DNA of 64,000 nucleotides from an uncultured Caldisericales bacterium (lineage in GTDB: Bacteria; Caldisericota; Caldisericia; JAAYUI01): the NCBI GenBank assembly GCA_964472265.1, contig CAYYJO010000002.1, positions 2,002 through 66,001 on the forward strand, in the 5' to 3' direction. The position numbers and the translations under genes are program-made. Below, one piece after another: positions 1-10,235 of the stretch. Within the stretch, counting starts at the first letter, position 1, and each line of letters starts with the position of its first letter. Under the pieces are notes generated by a model. That model did not search any database. It was not told the origin of the DNA and was given only the letters and a program-made list of their open reading frames with translations.

Positions 1-1849
1 CACCCTTGAGCCAATGCAGAGCATGACCATCACGGCAAAGATCAAACCCCCATCAAACGCCAATCCAGGCACCAACGCCCAGCTGAGTCTCAACGTTGGA
101 ACCGGCAAAATCGATACCACAGAGAGCACAGTCTCGCTTGTTAGCATTCCAAAACTCCCGCCAGATTTCAAAATGAACGTACCTGTTTCAAGGATTGACC
201 TTTCGAGACGAACGACTTCGACCATAACAATCCCTGTCCAACAGATCAATGGATTCGACGGTGTCGTGACCCTCACAAACTGCACCCAGAACCCATCAAT
301 CGGCGTAGAAATCTCACCAATCACCGGCATCCCGCCGTTTGATGTTACTGTGACTGTTACAGGCGGACAGGAGCTCACTCTCGGAGACCACAGGATTTGC
401 CTGCTGGCAACCGGTATTGCTTCAACAGGTGAAACCGTAGAACACAAGACAGAAATCCCGGTAAATGTTCTTTATGCAAACATCGTTCTCGGTGCCAATC
501 CCAAAAAGGTTGTAAGTTGCTCTGAGAACCAGTCATGCCACAGCACAAATGTAGAGATAGCCGTGAACACACCGGTTGAAATTTCAGAGTGCAAGTTCAG
601 CGTCAGATACGACCCAACTGTCCTGACAACCTCGCACAGGGCTATCGGCTCATTCCTTGGTTCGAACGCCACTATGGACTTCATCGACAGGGCATCAGAG
701 GGACTGATAACCGTCCACATAAAAGGAAAGCTCTCAAAGGGTGAAGGAATGCTATGCTCCATCATGATGAGGGGTGTAAAGGGAGTAAGCAAGGCCGGAT
801 CACAGATCGAAGTCTGTGACGTTTCCATGTACAACGACAAAGGCCAGCCTGTTCTCACCAACATCGGATGCACTGCCTCAAAAGTCGACATCATCTCACA
901 AATTGCACCGCCAATCCTGAACTGTGATGTGAAAGACGGAGCAGTATTCGATCAGGAATACTACACAATCACAGGCACATGCAAATCAACCGATCCTGAC
1001 TATCACACCAATCTAACCATCAACGGAAGGCCGGTCATTGTAAAATCTGACTGGACATGGGAATACGTCGCCAAACTTCGTGAAGGCATAAACCAGTTCG
1101 TCATCATCGCAAAAGATGAAACAGGTGGTTCAACCGGTCTAAAGTTCACTATTGTCCGCGACAGCACTCCTCCACAAATAGGCATCACAAACATCAAAGA
1201 TAACGGTCACACAAGAAATCCGTTCTTCAACCTCGAAGGCTGGGTCGATGAGAAGGTTGACCTTACAATCAATGATGAACCGGTTGAAATCAATCAGTTC
1301 AAGGAATTCTCAAAACCGCTCAAACTGGTCAAAGGACCGAACAAAATCACACTCAGAGCCACTGACCAGCTTGGGAAAGTCACAGAACTTGTGATAACAA
1401 TCTGGCTTGATTCAAAGACAGAGATAAACCTCTGGCTGAACCAGACCAAATACACAATCGACAGCAAAGCGTTAAGCCTTTCGACGGCGCCGACCTCGAG
1501 TTCGCCACCGCTTCCGAAGGATCTGGCTGGCAACACGTTCATGCCAATTCGAGAAGTGGCTGAGGCATTGGGAGCGACCATCGCATGGGATGCCATCGAA
1601 AAGAAAGTCACAATCACCCAGAATCTTGAGGATAAGACGAAAACAATCGAGCTTTGGATCAACAAAAAAACGGCCAGAATCAATGAAGCCGAAGTCAGAA
1701 TGGACGAAAAGGGCAAGCTCTACCCGGTCATTGTGGCCGGAAAGACGCTTCTTCCGCTGAGGTTCGTTGCAACCGCCCTTGGCGCTTCGGTTGAATATGT
1801 GGCCAAGGAAAAGAAGATCGTCCTGATCTATCCTGTCGACATGAACTAG
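1..1849 (+). CDS. Cell-surface protein (5' partial) with Ig-like repeats and two C-terminal copper-amine-oxidase N-terminal-like (CuAO_N 'stalk') domains
   Basis: The ORF is open to the window edge, with no in-frame stop upstream of the ATG at 14. The C-terminus carries two CuAO_N-like repeats ('FMPIREVAEALGATIAWDAIEKKVTI' and 'LLPLRFVATALGASVEYVAKEKKIVL'). The body is rich in Thr/Val/Ile beta-strand repeats. Confidence 0.6.
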   Translation, partial: TLEPMQSMTITAKIKPPSNANPGTNAQLSLNVGTGKIDTTESTVSLVSIPKLPPDFKMNVPVSRIDLSRRTTSTITIPVQQINGFDGVVTLTNCTQNPSIGVEISPITGIPPFDVTVTVTGGQELTLGDHRICLLATGIASTGETVEHKTEIPVNVLYANIVLGANPKKVVSCSENQSCHSTNVEIAVNTPVEISECKFSVRYDPTVLTTSHRAIGSFLGSNATMDFIDRASEGLITVHIKGKLSKGEGMLCSIMMRGVKGVSKAGSQIEVCDVSMYNDKGQPVLTNIGCTASKVDIISQIAPPILNCDVKDGAVFDQEYYTITGTCKSTDPDYHTNLTINGRPVIVKSDWTWEYVAKLREGINQFVIIAKDETGGSTGLKFTIVRDSTPPQIGITNIKDNGHTRNPFFNLEGWVDEKVDLTINDEPVEINQFKEFSKPLKLVKGPNKITLRATDQLGKVTELVITIWLDSKTEINLWLNQTKYTIDSKALSLSTAPTSSSPPLPKDLAGNTFMPIREVAEALGATIAWDAIEKKVTITQNLEDKTKTIELWINKKTARINEAEVRMDEKGKLYPVIVAGKTLLPLRFVATALGASVEYVAKEKKIVLIYPVDMN

Positions 1850-1851
1850 GA

Positions 1852-2460
1852 ATGGGCTGGCTGCCTTCTCCAAATCAAACCAGATGGCTGGCGGCTGGGC
1901 TTTGTACAGGCCTTGCCGTCGGTCTTGTTGTCGGGATAGCCATTTCAGGCATCAGACCGGCAACAAGGGAGAACTCCATAAACCAATCAAAATCTGCGGC
2001 ACAATCGCTTGGCTGGGATCAACTGGACAGCGTCTACAAATCCTGCCAGGCATTCACAATCTCAAGAAATCCAACACTGTACAAGAACCTTCTGGCTGCA
2101 ATCGGTGACAGGTTCTCAATCCTTGCCAAGACACCAGTCCAACCGAAAGTAGTCGATTTGGAGAAGCCGACAGAAACCAAATCGTCAATAGTGGCCAAGC
2201 CAGTGATTTCATCGGTTGCGCCGACTCCTGCACCATCAAACGGCAAATACCTTGACGGAACCGGAGAAATAGACATCAATTCTGCAACATTGGAGCAAAT
2301 AGACGCCGTTTACCGAATGTCAATAAATACTGCAAAAGACATCTTCAATTACATCAGAACCAAAGGCCCGATCAAAACCTTCGATGAACTGGATTCAATT
2401 TCTGGCGTCGGGACAAAAACCATCGAAAAACTGAGGTCTGCTTTCCACATCAGCCGATGA
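1852..2460 (+). CDS. comEA: Competence protein ComEA (helix-hairpin-helix DNA-binding)
   Basis: N-terminal TM segment followed by a C-terminal tandem HhH motif ('INSATLEQIDAVYRMSINTAKDIFNYIRTKGPIKTFDELDSISGVGTKTIEKL'). It lies directly upstream of comEC, with a 4-nt overlap. Confidence 0.75.
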   Translation: MGWLPSPNQTRWLAAGLCTGLAVGLVVGIAISGIRPATRENSINQSKSAAQSLGWDQLDSVYKSCQAFTISRNPTLYKNLLAAIGDRFSILAKTPVQPKVVDLEKPTETKSSIVAKPVISSVAPTPAPSNGKYLDGTGEIDINSATLEQIDAVYRMSINTAKDIFNYIRTKGPIKTFDELDSISGVGTKTIEKLRSAFHISR

Positions 2461-4787
2461 TGAAGCCTGTTCAGTCAACTGCGATTGCATTTGCTACAGG
2501 TTGTGCGCTTGGGATGATTCTTGGCATTCCACTGATTTACCTCATCCCTTTGCTGTTGGTTTCTGCTTCAATCTGGATTGTTCCAAAGTTTGATCACCTA
2601 CCAAGACATATGCTTTTCTTCCTTATCGCCGGTATGATTCTTGTTTCCTACGCAAGGTCAGGGACCCAGGAATTTCCAGTTTCAGGGTCAAAATATTCAG
2701 TCAAAGGAACAGTGACTTTCGTCAGGGAGTCCAGCCCAAAAAGGTCAGTCTTTGAAATGAAGGTCAAAGAAGCTAACCCATCAGGCCTTCCGCTGACTAT
2801 GGCTCGGTGCTACACCATCCAGAACGACAAACTCAAATCCGGCGATGTTGTCGAATTCACAGCCTACACGAGGACGCCGGCGACAGCAACCAACCCTGGA
2901 GAGTTCGATTTTGCCCAGTATCTGATGACAAATGATGTAGGAGTAATGCTTACATCTTCCGAAATGCCCAGGATAGTAGGCTCGGTAGTGTCACCTTCTG
3001 TTGTTGCTGACAGAGTAAGATCGGCATTCGATTCCGTGTTCGTGGCCAACTTACCACAGAGACAAGCTGATCTTCTTGATAGCATGGTTTTTGGCAGACG
3101 TGAGCTCCCGGATGACATCTCAAGAAATTTTTCAAGAACCGGAACAAGCCACATAGTCGCAGCCTCCGGTTTCAACATTTCAATCGTCACAATCACCATG
3201 CTTTACCTTATGCTCTGGCTTACTGGCAACAAAAAGGCTGCCCTGATCTGCGCCATTGTCATTGCCATCTGTTATGCAATGATCGCCGGATTTTCTCCAT
3301 CGGTTTCTAGGGCGCTTTTGATGGCTGTACTTTCTATCGGCGCCCAACTTTTTAACCGCAGGCACGCAACATCTTCAGGGCTTGCCCTGTCTGTCATCAT
3401 TTTGTTGGCCATAAATCCATTGTGGATCGCTCAGGCCGGTTTTCAGCTCTCATTCCTGTCTACCATGTGCCTGTTCGTAATCGCACCGGTCTTGTTTGAA
3501 CTTGAAAAGAAAAAACCATGGCCGGTCAAGATTCTTACCCTGATTCTGATCACAACAGTCATCCAATTGCTGGCGTTGCCTGTTTTGGCAACCAACTTCC
3601 ACTCAATTTCGCTGGTTTCACCAATTGCTAACCTTATTGTCATTCCTGTTTCAACCATTCTGACGCCTTTGGGACTGCTGGCCTCAGTTTTCGGAGTCAT
3701 CCTGCCACCAATGGGCACTCTGCTATGCCTTATCGCTTATCCGATCCTTATTATTCTGGACAAGGCCATTGAAATCCTTGCACAGCCTTCATGGGCATTG
3801 TTGTCGATTGGAAATGTTTCCGCCTATGCCTGGATTTTCTACTACATCAGCGCAGGTTTTGGGCTGGCTTTGATCACCAAAGCCAAAGCGTTCACTCAGA
3901 GAAACATGAAACTGGTGGCCGTTACAGTTATTGCCGTCTCGATGTCTGTATTGTGTGGAATCGCCTCCTCGGGCTCGTCAAACAACGGCCAGATAACGTT
4001 CCTTGACGTTGGTCACGGCGATGCGATATTCATTCAGACACCTTCAGGAAAAACCGTTCTTATTGACGGCGGAGGAGGCGCCCCCTACCTGCCGTCCGGT
4101 GATACAGGCGCAAGAATTGTCATTCCTTTCCTTAGGTTCATGGGTATCAATCATCTCGACTATATCATCGCCACACATCGCGATCAGGATCACATTGGTG
4201 GGCTTACTGCGGTCATTAATGAATTTCCGGTCGGTGAGATTTTCGATTCAGGCGTTAAATCCGACACCTTCGAAGCAAGGGATTTTGAACTATCCATAAA
4301 AAACAAGCGCATCAAAGCAACAACTCCCAGCCCCGGACAGGAACTCCCGATTGACCCAAAAACAAAAATCATCTTTCTTGGCCCACCAAATCCTTTGAAT
4401 CAAGGTCAAACAAAAGCTGATGTAACAAACAACAACTCAATTGCCTGCATTTTTGAGATGGATGGAGTGAGAATTCTTTTTGGCGCAGACATACAGACTG
4501 AGGCAATGGTTCAGGAAATTGGCCTTGGAAGTCTTATAAAAGCAGACATTGTCAAGATTCCTCATCACGGTGGCTACACACCCGGTTTCCCCAGATGGAT
4601 CGATCAGGTGCAACCCAAACTGCTTGTAAATTCAGATTCAGCAAACGATGGAACCGGCATCGATACAAGGATTGAAGCAAGTATTTTTGAGCGAAACATT
4701 CCGATTGTATCGACGGCCGACATGGGAGCTATCACAATTTCAATCGATAAAGGCGCCTGGACGGTTGAAGGTTTTACCAGAAAATAA
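2457..4787 (+). CDS. comEC: DNA internalisation competence protein ComEC/Rec2 (polytopic membrane plus metallo-beta-lactamase domain)
   Basis: Many TM helices and a C-terminal MBL fold ('FLDVGHGDAIFIQTPSGKTVLIDGGG', 'IATHRDQDHIGGL', 'KIPHHGG'). Confidence 0.85.
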   Translation: MMKPVQSTAIAFATGCALGMILGIPLIYLIPLLLVSASIWIVPKFDHLPRHMLFFLIAGMILVSYARSGTQEFPVSGSKYSVKGTVTFVRESSPKRSVFEMKVKEANPSGLPLTMARCYTIQNDKLKSGDVVEFTAYTRTPATATNPGEFDFAQYLMTNDVGVMLTSSEMPRIVGSVVSPSVVADRVRSAFDSVFVANLPQRQADLLDSMVFGRRELPDDISRNFSRTGTSHIVAASGFNISIVTITMLYLMLWLTGNKKAALICAIVIAICYAMIAGFSPSVSRALLMAVLSIGAQLFNRRHATSSGLALSVIILLAINPLWIAQAGFQLSFLSTMCLFVIAPVLFELEKKKPWPVKILTLILITTVIQLLALPVLATNFHSISLVSPIANLIVIPVSTILTPLGLLASVFGVILPPMGTLLCLIAYPILIILDKAIEILAQPSWALLSIGNVSAYAWIFYYISAGFGLALITKAKAFTQRNMKLVAVTVIAVSMSVLCGIASSGSSNNGQITFLDVGHGDAIFIQTPSGKTVLIDGGGGAPYLPSGDTGARIVIPFLRFMGINHLDYIIATHRDQDHIGGLTAVINEFPVGEIFDSGVKSDTFEARDFELSIKNKRIKATTPSPGQELPIDPKTKIIFLGPPNPLNQGQTKADVTNNNSIACIFEMDGVRILFGADIQTEAMVQEIGLGSLIKADIVKIPHHGGYTPGFPRWIDQVQPKLLVNSDSANDGTGIDTRIEASIFERNIPIVSTADMGAITISIDKGAWTVEGFTRK

Positions 4788-4817
4788 AAAAGACCCCCGA
4801 ATCCGAAGGTCTTTTTA
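4786..4817. terminator. Putative bidirectional intrinsic terminator between convergent comEC and transketolase genes
   Basis: A5-AGACC-cccgaatccgaa-GGTCT-T5: a short stem flanked by A-run and T-run. Weak stem. Confidence 0.4.
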
Positions 4818-4831
4818 TGTCAGCTGAAAGA

Positions 4832-5764
4832 TTATTTTCCCAAAAGTCTCTTTGCAACGGCAAAAATTTCGTCACGGTTGCACTTGAAGTGGGCAAGTAG
4901 CTCTTCCGGTTCGCCGGATTCACCGAAGCGGTCTGCCATGGCCACAAATGCCATTGGCGTTGGCAGCTCTTTCCCAAGCGCCATCGCGACCATCGAGCAG
5001 AGTCCACCGTAAATCTGATGTTCTTCGGCGACCAGCACTTTCCCTGTTTTCTTTGCAGAGGTCAAAAGTGTAGCCGTGTCGAGGGGTTTTACGGTGTGCA
5101 TGTTGATGATTTCGCAATCAACGCCTATTTTTGCAAGTTCTTCCGAGGCTTTCATCGACTCAAAAACCATGACACCGTTTGCTACGATTGTGAGATCTTT
5201 TCCTGATTTGATGATGTTTGCCTTGCCAATTTCGAAAGGAGTTGCGTCATCGGTGATGGTCTGGACAGGAGCTCTCCCAAAACGGATGTAGGCTGGGCCA
5301 GGTCTGTAAGCTGCAGCCATCGTTGCTTTTTTGGTTTCAACGTGGTCGCAGGGAACAAGAACGGTCATGTTCGGAATCGAAGCCATGATTGCAATATCTT
5401 CGAGCGCCTGATGGGTTGCACCGTCCGGGCCAACTGAGATGCCTGCGTGTCCGCCTATATTAACGTTGAGATTGCTGTAGGCAACCATTGTTCTCATCTG
5501 CTCCCAGGCCCTGCCGGTCACAAACACGGAATAACTTGAGGCAAACGGGATTTTTCCGGCAATCGCCAATCCTGCTGCAACACCGATCATATTTTGTTCG
5601 GCAATGCCCATCTCAAAGAACCTGTCAGGAAACTTCTCCTGAAAACGGTTTGAAGAGGTCGATTTTGCTAGGTCTCCATCGAGAGCGACGATCCTTGGGT
5701 CTTTCAAGCCAAGTTCGATGAGACCGTCTGAATATCCGTATCTTGTAGCTTTCGGTTCAGCCAT
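4832..5764 (-). CDS. Transketolase, C-terminal (pyrimidine-binding/TKC) subunit
   Basis: 310 aa with 'GIAEQNMIGVAAGLA' and 'PCD' motifs typical of the C-terminal half of split transketolases. No N-terminal TPP-binding subunit is adjacent. Confidence 0.8.
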   Translation of the reverse strand: MAEPKATRYGYSDGLIELGLKDPRIVALDGDLAKSTSSNRFQEKFPDRFFEMGIAEQNMIGVAAGLAIAGKIPFASSYSVFVTGRAWEQMRTMVAYSNLNVNIGGHAGISVGPDGATHQALEDIAIMASIPNMTVLVPCDHVETKKATMAAAYRPGPAYIRFGRAPVQTITDDATPFEIGKANIIKSGKDLTIVANGVMVFESMKASEELAKIGVDCEIINMHTVKPLDTATLLTSAKKTGKVLVAEEHQIYGGLCSMVAMALGKELPTPMAFVAMADRFGESGEPEELLAHFKCNRDEIFAVAKRLLGK

Positions 5765-5772
5765 TGTTCCTC

Positions 5773-7590
5773 CTAGTCGACCGTTATGGTCTTCGAGACG
5801 TTCCTAGGATAGTCTGGTGAATATCCTTTTTCAACACACAGGTGATAGGCAAACATCTGCATGAAAACTGTGGCAATGACTGGCACGATTGCGTACTGAC
5901 TGTACGGAAGCTCGTAGAATACTGTCGAATTCTGCTGCAGAGCCTCGTGGGGAGGAGCAACGGTTATTGCTGTTCCAAGCCTGCAGGTGACTTCGTTTAT
6001 GTGAGAGAGGGTCATGTGCGAATCCTCGGCAGTGCTCAAGTAGAAAACAGGATAATCCTTTGTCACAATCGCCAGTGGGCCATGCTTGAACTCGACTGAA
6101 TCCATGCCTTCACAGTGGGCGTAGGAGATTTCCTTGACTTTGAGCGCTCCTTCAATGGCCGAAGCATAGGTAATGCCGTGACCAAGGCTGTAGAAATCAG
6201 TATTATCCTTATACTTCCTGGCAAGCTCGTGAGCCTGGCCATCCATTTTTTGAATCGTATCCCTGATTGCTTTCGGGATGAGTGCCAGATCGTCTGGAAG
6301 TGTGCCAGCCCTGCCCTTGAGCTTTGCAACTTCTGTGGCTATTCCAAGGAACAACACCGCCTGATTGGTGAATGTTTTTGTGGCAGCCACAGCAATTTCA
6401 AGGTTTGAAACCAACGGCAGATAGCGCCTTGATCTCATCATGAGCGTTGAGCCGATGACGTTTACAATTCCAAGAACCCTGTTTGCCATGCCCTTTTCGG
6501 TGAGCATGTTCAAAACGTTGATCAAATCTTTTGTTTCACCTGACTGAGAGACAAGCACGAACAAGTCATCAGGTCTCACACCTTCACCAAACTGCTGGAG
6601 GAATGAGCCGGCAACCACGGGGAAAGTGGCGCAACCGGCAAGTTTGTTGAGAAAATAGGAACCCATGACGCAGGCATTGTAGCTTGAGCCGGAACCGACA
6701 AGATAAACATGGTTTGCATCGGCGAGCTCTTCGGCAAACGGAACAAGATCCTCGGAGTTTTTCAGGTAGTCAAGCAGAGCCTGTGCCCTCTCCGGCTGTT
6801 CATCGATTTCCTTTGCCATGAAGAACGGGAACTCACCTTTTGATGCAGTTTCGGCCGACATGCCGGTTTCAATCGGGTCACGGTCGATCTTTTTGCCAGT
6901 CTCAATGCTCCTGATCTCGTATTCCTTTTCGTCAAATTCGACGTACTCGCCGTCATTTAGCGGGATGATTCTCTGTGTTAGGGGAAGGATCGATGGAAGG
7001 TCTGATGAGGTGCAGATGAAGCCGTCGCCAACGCCGAGGTAAAGCGAGCTGCCCATCTTCGTGCAGTACATCTTTTTGCCGGCAAGCGAACAGATTGCGT
7101 AGGCATAGTCGCCTTTCAGGATGTGCCTCGCCTCCCTGATTGCCAGATCCATGTCGCCATGCCTGTTATACTGCTCTTCAACCACGTGCACGACCACTTC
7201 GCCATCGTTTTCACCCCTGAAGATGTGGCCTTTTGCTGTGAGTTCGCGTCTGAGCTGGATTGTGTTGACGATGTTGCCGTTGTGTGCGCCGACAATTCTG
7301 CCTCTCGTGTCGAAGTGTGGCTGGGCGTTTCTCTGAGCCGGAACACCGAAAGTTGCCCAACGGAGCTGAGTTATTCCTCTGTTTCCGACTAGTTCCGTAA
7401 AATTGAGACGCTTGGCAACGTCATCAACCTTGCCGACGTCCTTTCTCAGATCGGCTTCTCCGTTTTTGGTGATGGCAACGGCGCCAACCGAGTCATAGCC
7501 ACGATAGATCAGGCTTCTGGCAGCGTTTGTCAGTACCTGCCCCATCTCTTTCTTGTCGTCAGCGTAAACAACACCGAATATTCCACACAT
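5773..7590 (-). CDS. glmS: Glutamine--fructose-6-phosphate aminotransferase (isomerising)
   Basis: N-terminal 'MCGIFGVV' Ntn-glutaminase nucleophile and two SIS domains, 605 aa. Confidence 0.9.
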   Translation of the reverse strand: MCGIFGVVYADDKKEMGQVLTNAARSLIYRGYDSVGAVAITKNGEADLRKDVGKVDDVAKRLNFTELVGNRGITQLRWATFGVPAQRNAQPHFDTRGRIVGAHNGNIVNTIQLRRELTAKGHIFRGENDGEVVVHVVEEQYNRHGDMDLAIREARHILKGDYAYAICSLAGKKMYCTKMGSSLYLGVGDGFICTSSDLPSILPLTQRIIPLNDGEYVEFDEKEYEIRSIETGKKIDRDPIETGMSAETASKGEFPFFMAKEIDEQPERAQALLDYLKNSEDLVPFAEELADANHVYLVGSGSSYNACVMGSYFLNKLAGCATFPVVAGSFLQQFGEGVRPDDLFVLVSQSGETKDLINVLNMLTEKGMANRVLGIVNVIGSTLMMRSRRYLPLVSNLEIAVAATKTFTNQAVLFLGIATEVAKLKGRAGTLPDDLALIPKAIRDTIQKMDGQAHELARKYKDNTDFYSLGHGITYASAIEGALKVKEISYAHCEGMDSVEFKHGPLAIVTKDYPVFYLSTAEDSHMTLSHINEVTCRLGTAITVAPPHEALQQNSTVFYELPYSQYAIVPVIATVFMQMFAYHLCVEKGYSPDYPRNVSKTITVD

Positions 7591-7593
7591 GTC

Positions 7594-8202
7594 TCACTCC
7601 TTGTCGATTGAAGTTCTGCCCCTGATTGCCTCAGAGAGCGTGACGGTGTCAGCGAATTCAATTTCTGTTCCAATTGGGATGCCTGAGGCTATCCTGGTTA
7701 TGACGCATCCTGAACCTTCAAGTTCACGTCTTATGTACATGGCCGTTATGTTGCCTTCGTGTGTGAGGTTTGTGGCAAGGATCACTTCCCGGATTCCATC
7801 GCCTTTCACCCTTTTGATGAGCGCAGCAATGTTGAGTTTTTCTGGCCCAATTCCCTGTGCCAGTCTGATTGTTCCACCGAGAACGTGGTATACGCCCCTG
7901 AAAGTGCCAGCCTTTTCAATGGCAAGCAAGTCTCTTGCCTCTTCAACAACCATAATCAAGGCGTGATCGCGCTTGGCATCGATGCAGACCCCGCACTCAC
8001 CACCATCACTTAGGTTGTGGCAGACAGGGCATCGTTTGACTTTTTCGTGAAGAGTCGCTATTGCATTTGCTATTTCCTGAGCCTCGGACGGTTCCATGTT
8101 CAGGATGAAAAGTGAAAGCCTTTCAGCTGACTTTGGGCCGATTCCAGGCAGTTTGTAGAGGTTGTCGACAAGTTCCTGGAAAGCCCTGACAGGGTAGCTC
8201 AT
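7594..8202 (-). CDS. recR: Recombination protein RecR
   Basis: 'LPGIGPKSAERL' HhH motif, C4 zinc finger 'CPVCHNLSDGGECGVC' and a Toprim domain. It sits in the conserved dnaX-ybaB-recR order. Confidence 0.9.
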   Translation of the reverse strand: MSYPVRAFQELVDNLYKLPGIGPKSAERLSLFILNMEPSEAQEIANAIATLHEKVKRCPVCHNLSDGGECGVCIDAKRDHALIMVVEEARDLLAIEKAGTFRGVYHVLGGTIRLAQGIGPEKLNIAALIKRVKGDGIREVILATNLTHEGNITAMYIRRELEGSGCVITRIASGIPIGTEIEFADTVTLSEAIRGRTSIDKE

Positions 8203-8489
8203 TGGTTGAGCAGTTCCATCGTCTTTCTTGCTGCTTCGTTTCTTGAGTCTGCCTGTGCGCTTGATATTGCCTGCAGGATGAGTTTTGAGAGGTCGTCGGG
8301 TTTAAGTCTTATGGCCTCATCATTGAGCTTCATTCCGATGACTTCCAGCTTGCCATTGGCAACCACTGTCACTGTTGCGTCACCTTTTTTCATTTCCTTC
8401 TCGAACTTCATAGCCGAGAGTTCTTTCTCAAGTTTTTGCTGTTGGGCTCTGAGTTTGTTTGCGTCCTTGAGCATGTCCATGAATCCCAT
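8199..8489 (-). CDS. ybaB: Nucleoid-associated protein YbaB/EbfC
   Basis: 96 aa with an 'MGFMDMLKDANKLRAQQQKLEKEL' start, placed between dnaX and recR. Confidence 0.8.
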   Translation of the reverse strand: MGFMDMLKDANKLRAQQQKLEKELSAMKFEKEMKKGDATVTVVANGKLEVIGMKLNDEAIRLKPDDLSKLILQAISSAQADSRNEAARKTMELLNQ

Positions 8490-10078
8490 CAGTTCACCTC
8501 TGCCTTTCCGCCGAACAGGTTGAATGCCTGCTTCACCTGTTCATCTTCCAATATGTCTTTTGCTTCAATTTTTTGCAATTTGACGACAATCTGCATCTCC
8601 GAACCATAAACTTTTTGTGCAATTGTCTTTAGTTTGAGTATGTTTGCCGGTTCTGTGAGCCTTGCTTTTTCAAATTCTGCGTCCGAGGGGAATGTGAGCG
8701 ATATTGTGCCGGATTCCTCAGTCAAGCCTATGAGTCTTGAAAGGAATGCAAAGAGAATTACGTCGGATTCTTTGGCTGCCGATTTGAATCTTTCCACAGG
8801 ATTTCCGTCAGTTGATGGTGCAGCAACAACGGTCTCGGGCTGCTGGGTTTGTGGCTCCGTCGGCTTTTGTTCATCGATTGGCTGGGTTTTGGGGGGTTCT
8901 GGTTGTGGCGGAGGTGGAGCTGCTGGTTTGGGTTGAGATTCAGATTTTGATTTTGCTACATGTGCTTCGGAGACTGGCCTTGCAGGTTCGCCTGAAATCA
9001 AATCCAGCACTGCCATTTCAAGTGAAGCCAGAGCCGAGAAGGCATACTTCATCTGAGAGACAAGCTCCCTGAATTTGACCTCTATCCACCTTAATTTGTC
9101 AAAATTAAAAGATTTAGCTTCCTGCTCAATCAAAGCGACATCGATGGCGTAATCGGAGGCCAGATCAGACTTTGTCATGCCAATGGCGGCGAGCATGAGA
9201 ATATGGAATCTGGAAAGCAGGTCTTTCGCCATTTGCTCAGGCTCCCTGCCATCACGGTAAGCGTTCCTGATCAATTCTATCGTTTGTTTGGACTGATTGC
9301 CGGCGATGCCCATTACAAGGCTATGGACAAGTCGTTCACCGGTCAGGCCAAGCATGGCTGCAACATTTTCATTGTAAATTGCACCTTCAGTAAACGAAGC
9401 AATCTGGTCGAGCATCGACTCGGCGTCCCTGAGTGAACCGTTGCTCTCGATTGCAATCATTCTCAGGGCTTCGTCTGTTATGTTTATGTTTTCGGCATCG
9501 GAAATCTTGCGAAGAAGCTGTACCTGACTGTCTGTTGGGATGCGCTTGAGGTCAAACCTCATACAACGACTCAGGATGGTAACGGGAATTTTGTGAGGTT
9601 CGGTGGTGGCGAGCAGAAAAATAACGTGTGGAGGCGGTTCTTCGAGGGTCTTCAGCAGTGCGTTGAAAGCTTCGTCAGTGAGCATGTGAACTTCATCGAT
9701 GATGTAGACTTTGTATCGGGACATTGCTGGCGCAAACTTCACTTTTTCGCGAAGCTCACGAATGTCGTCCACTCCCCTGTTTGAGGCTGCGTCAATCTCT
9801 ATGACGTCCAGACTAGTGCCGTCCTTGATTGCCACACAGCTTGCACAAACCTGGCAAGGATTTGGCGTTATTCCTTCCTTGCAGTTGACCGATTTTGCAA
9901 GGATTCTGGCAAACGAGGTTTTTCCGGTTCCCCTCGGCCCGCAGAAAAGGTAGGCATGGGAAATCTTTTGTGCTTTGAGCGCGTTTTTGAGCGTTCTTAC
10001 AACAAAATCCTGCCCGATGATCTGGTCGAGATCCTGTGAGCGCCACTTTCTGTATAACGAAACGTAGTTTTCAGACAC
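8489..10078 (-). CDS. dnaX: DNA polymerase III subunits gamma/tau
   Basis: Walker A 'GPRGTGKTS', 'LYRKWRSQ' N-terminus and a zinc module 'CQVCASC'. The longest ORF starts at a GTG at 10144. The conserved N-terminus ('SENYVSLYRKWR') fits better with the in-frame GTG at 10078, which is reported here. Confidence 0.8.
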   Translation of the reverse strand: MSENYVSLYRKWRSQDLDQIIGQDFVVRTLKNALKAQKISHAYLFCGPRGTGKTSFARILAKSVNCKEGITPNPCQVCASCVAIKDGTSLDVIEIDAASNRGVDDIRELREKVKFAPAMSRYKVYIIDEVHMLTDEAFNALLKTLEEPPPHVIFLLATTEPHKIPVTILSRCMRFDLKRIPTDSQVQLLRKISDAENINITDEALRMIAIESNGSLRDAESMLDQIASFTEGAIYNENVAAMLGLTGERLVHSLVMGIAGNQSKQTIELIRNAYRDGREPEQMAKDLLSRFHILMLAAIGMTKSDLASDYAIDVALIEQEAKSFNFDKLRWIEVKFRELVSQMKYAFSALASLEMAVLDLISGEPARPVSEAHVAKSKSESQPKPAAPPPPQPEPPKTQPIDEQKPTEPQTQQPETVVAAPSTDGNPVERFKSAAKESDVILFAFLSRLIGLTEESGTISLTFPSDAEFEKARLTEPANILKLKTIAQKVYGSEMQIVVKLQKIEAKDILEDEQVKQAFNLFGGKAEVN

Positions 10079-10174
10079 AGCATAAAAGTATAGATGGTAA
10101 GGGTTGGAAGTCAACAAATCATCACAGTAAGGACATTTCAACACATTGTTGACTTCGATGTGTGGTTTGGGGCG

Positions 10175-10203
10175 TTGACAATAAAATAACGGTCAGTTAT
10201 GAT
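10175..10203 (+). promoter_or_regulatory. Sigma-70-like promoter (TTGACA-17nt-TATGAT) for the downstream lipoprotein gene
   Basis: Perfect -35 TTGACA (10175-10180), a 17-nt spacer and -10 TATGAT (10198-10203). An RBS 'AAGGGTGG' follows, ahead of the ATG at 10236. Confidence 0.45.
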
Positions 10204-10235
10204 TTTTATATCAAATCTTTAAAGGGTGGCAACAA

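Noticed and set aside
7590-7600. Looked for a glmS ribozyme upstream of glmS.
   Set aside because: glmS abuts recR with a 3-nt gap on the same strand. There is no leader in which a ribozyme could reside.
10079-10144. N-terminal 22-aa extension of dnaX ('MLKCPYCDDLLTSNPYHLYFYA') that looks like a Cys-containing mini-domain.
   Set aside because: It is not part of the conserved DnaX N-terminus. The in-frame GTG at 10078 gives the canonical 'SxxYxxLYRKWR' start, so the extension is most likely 5' UTR read through by the longest-ORF rule.
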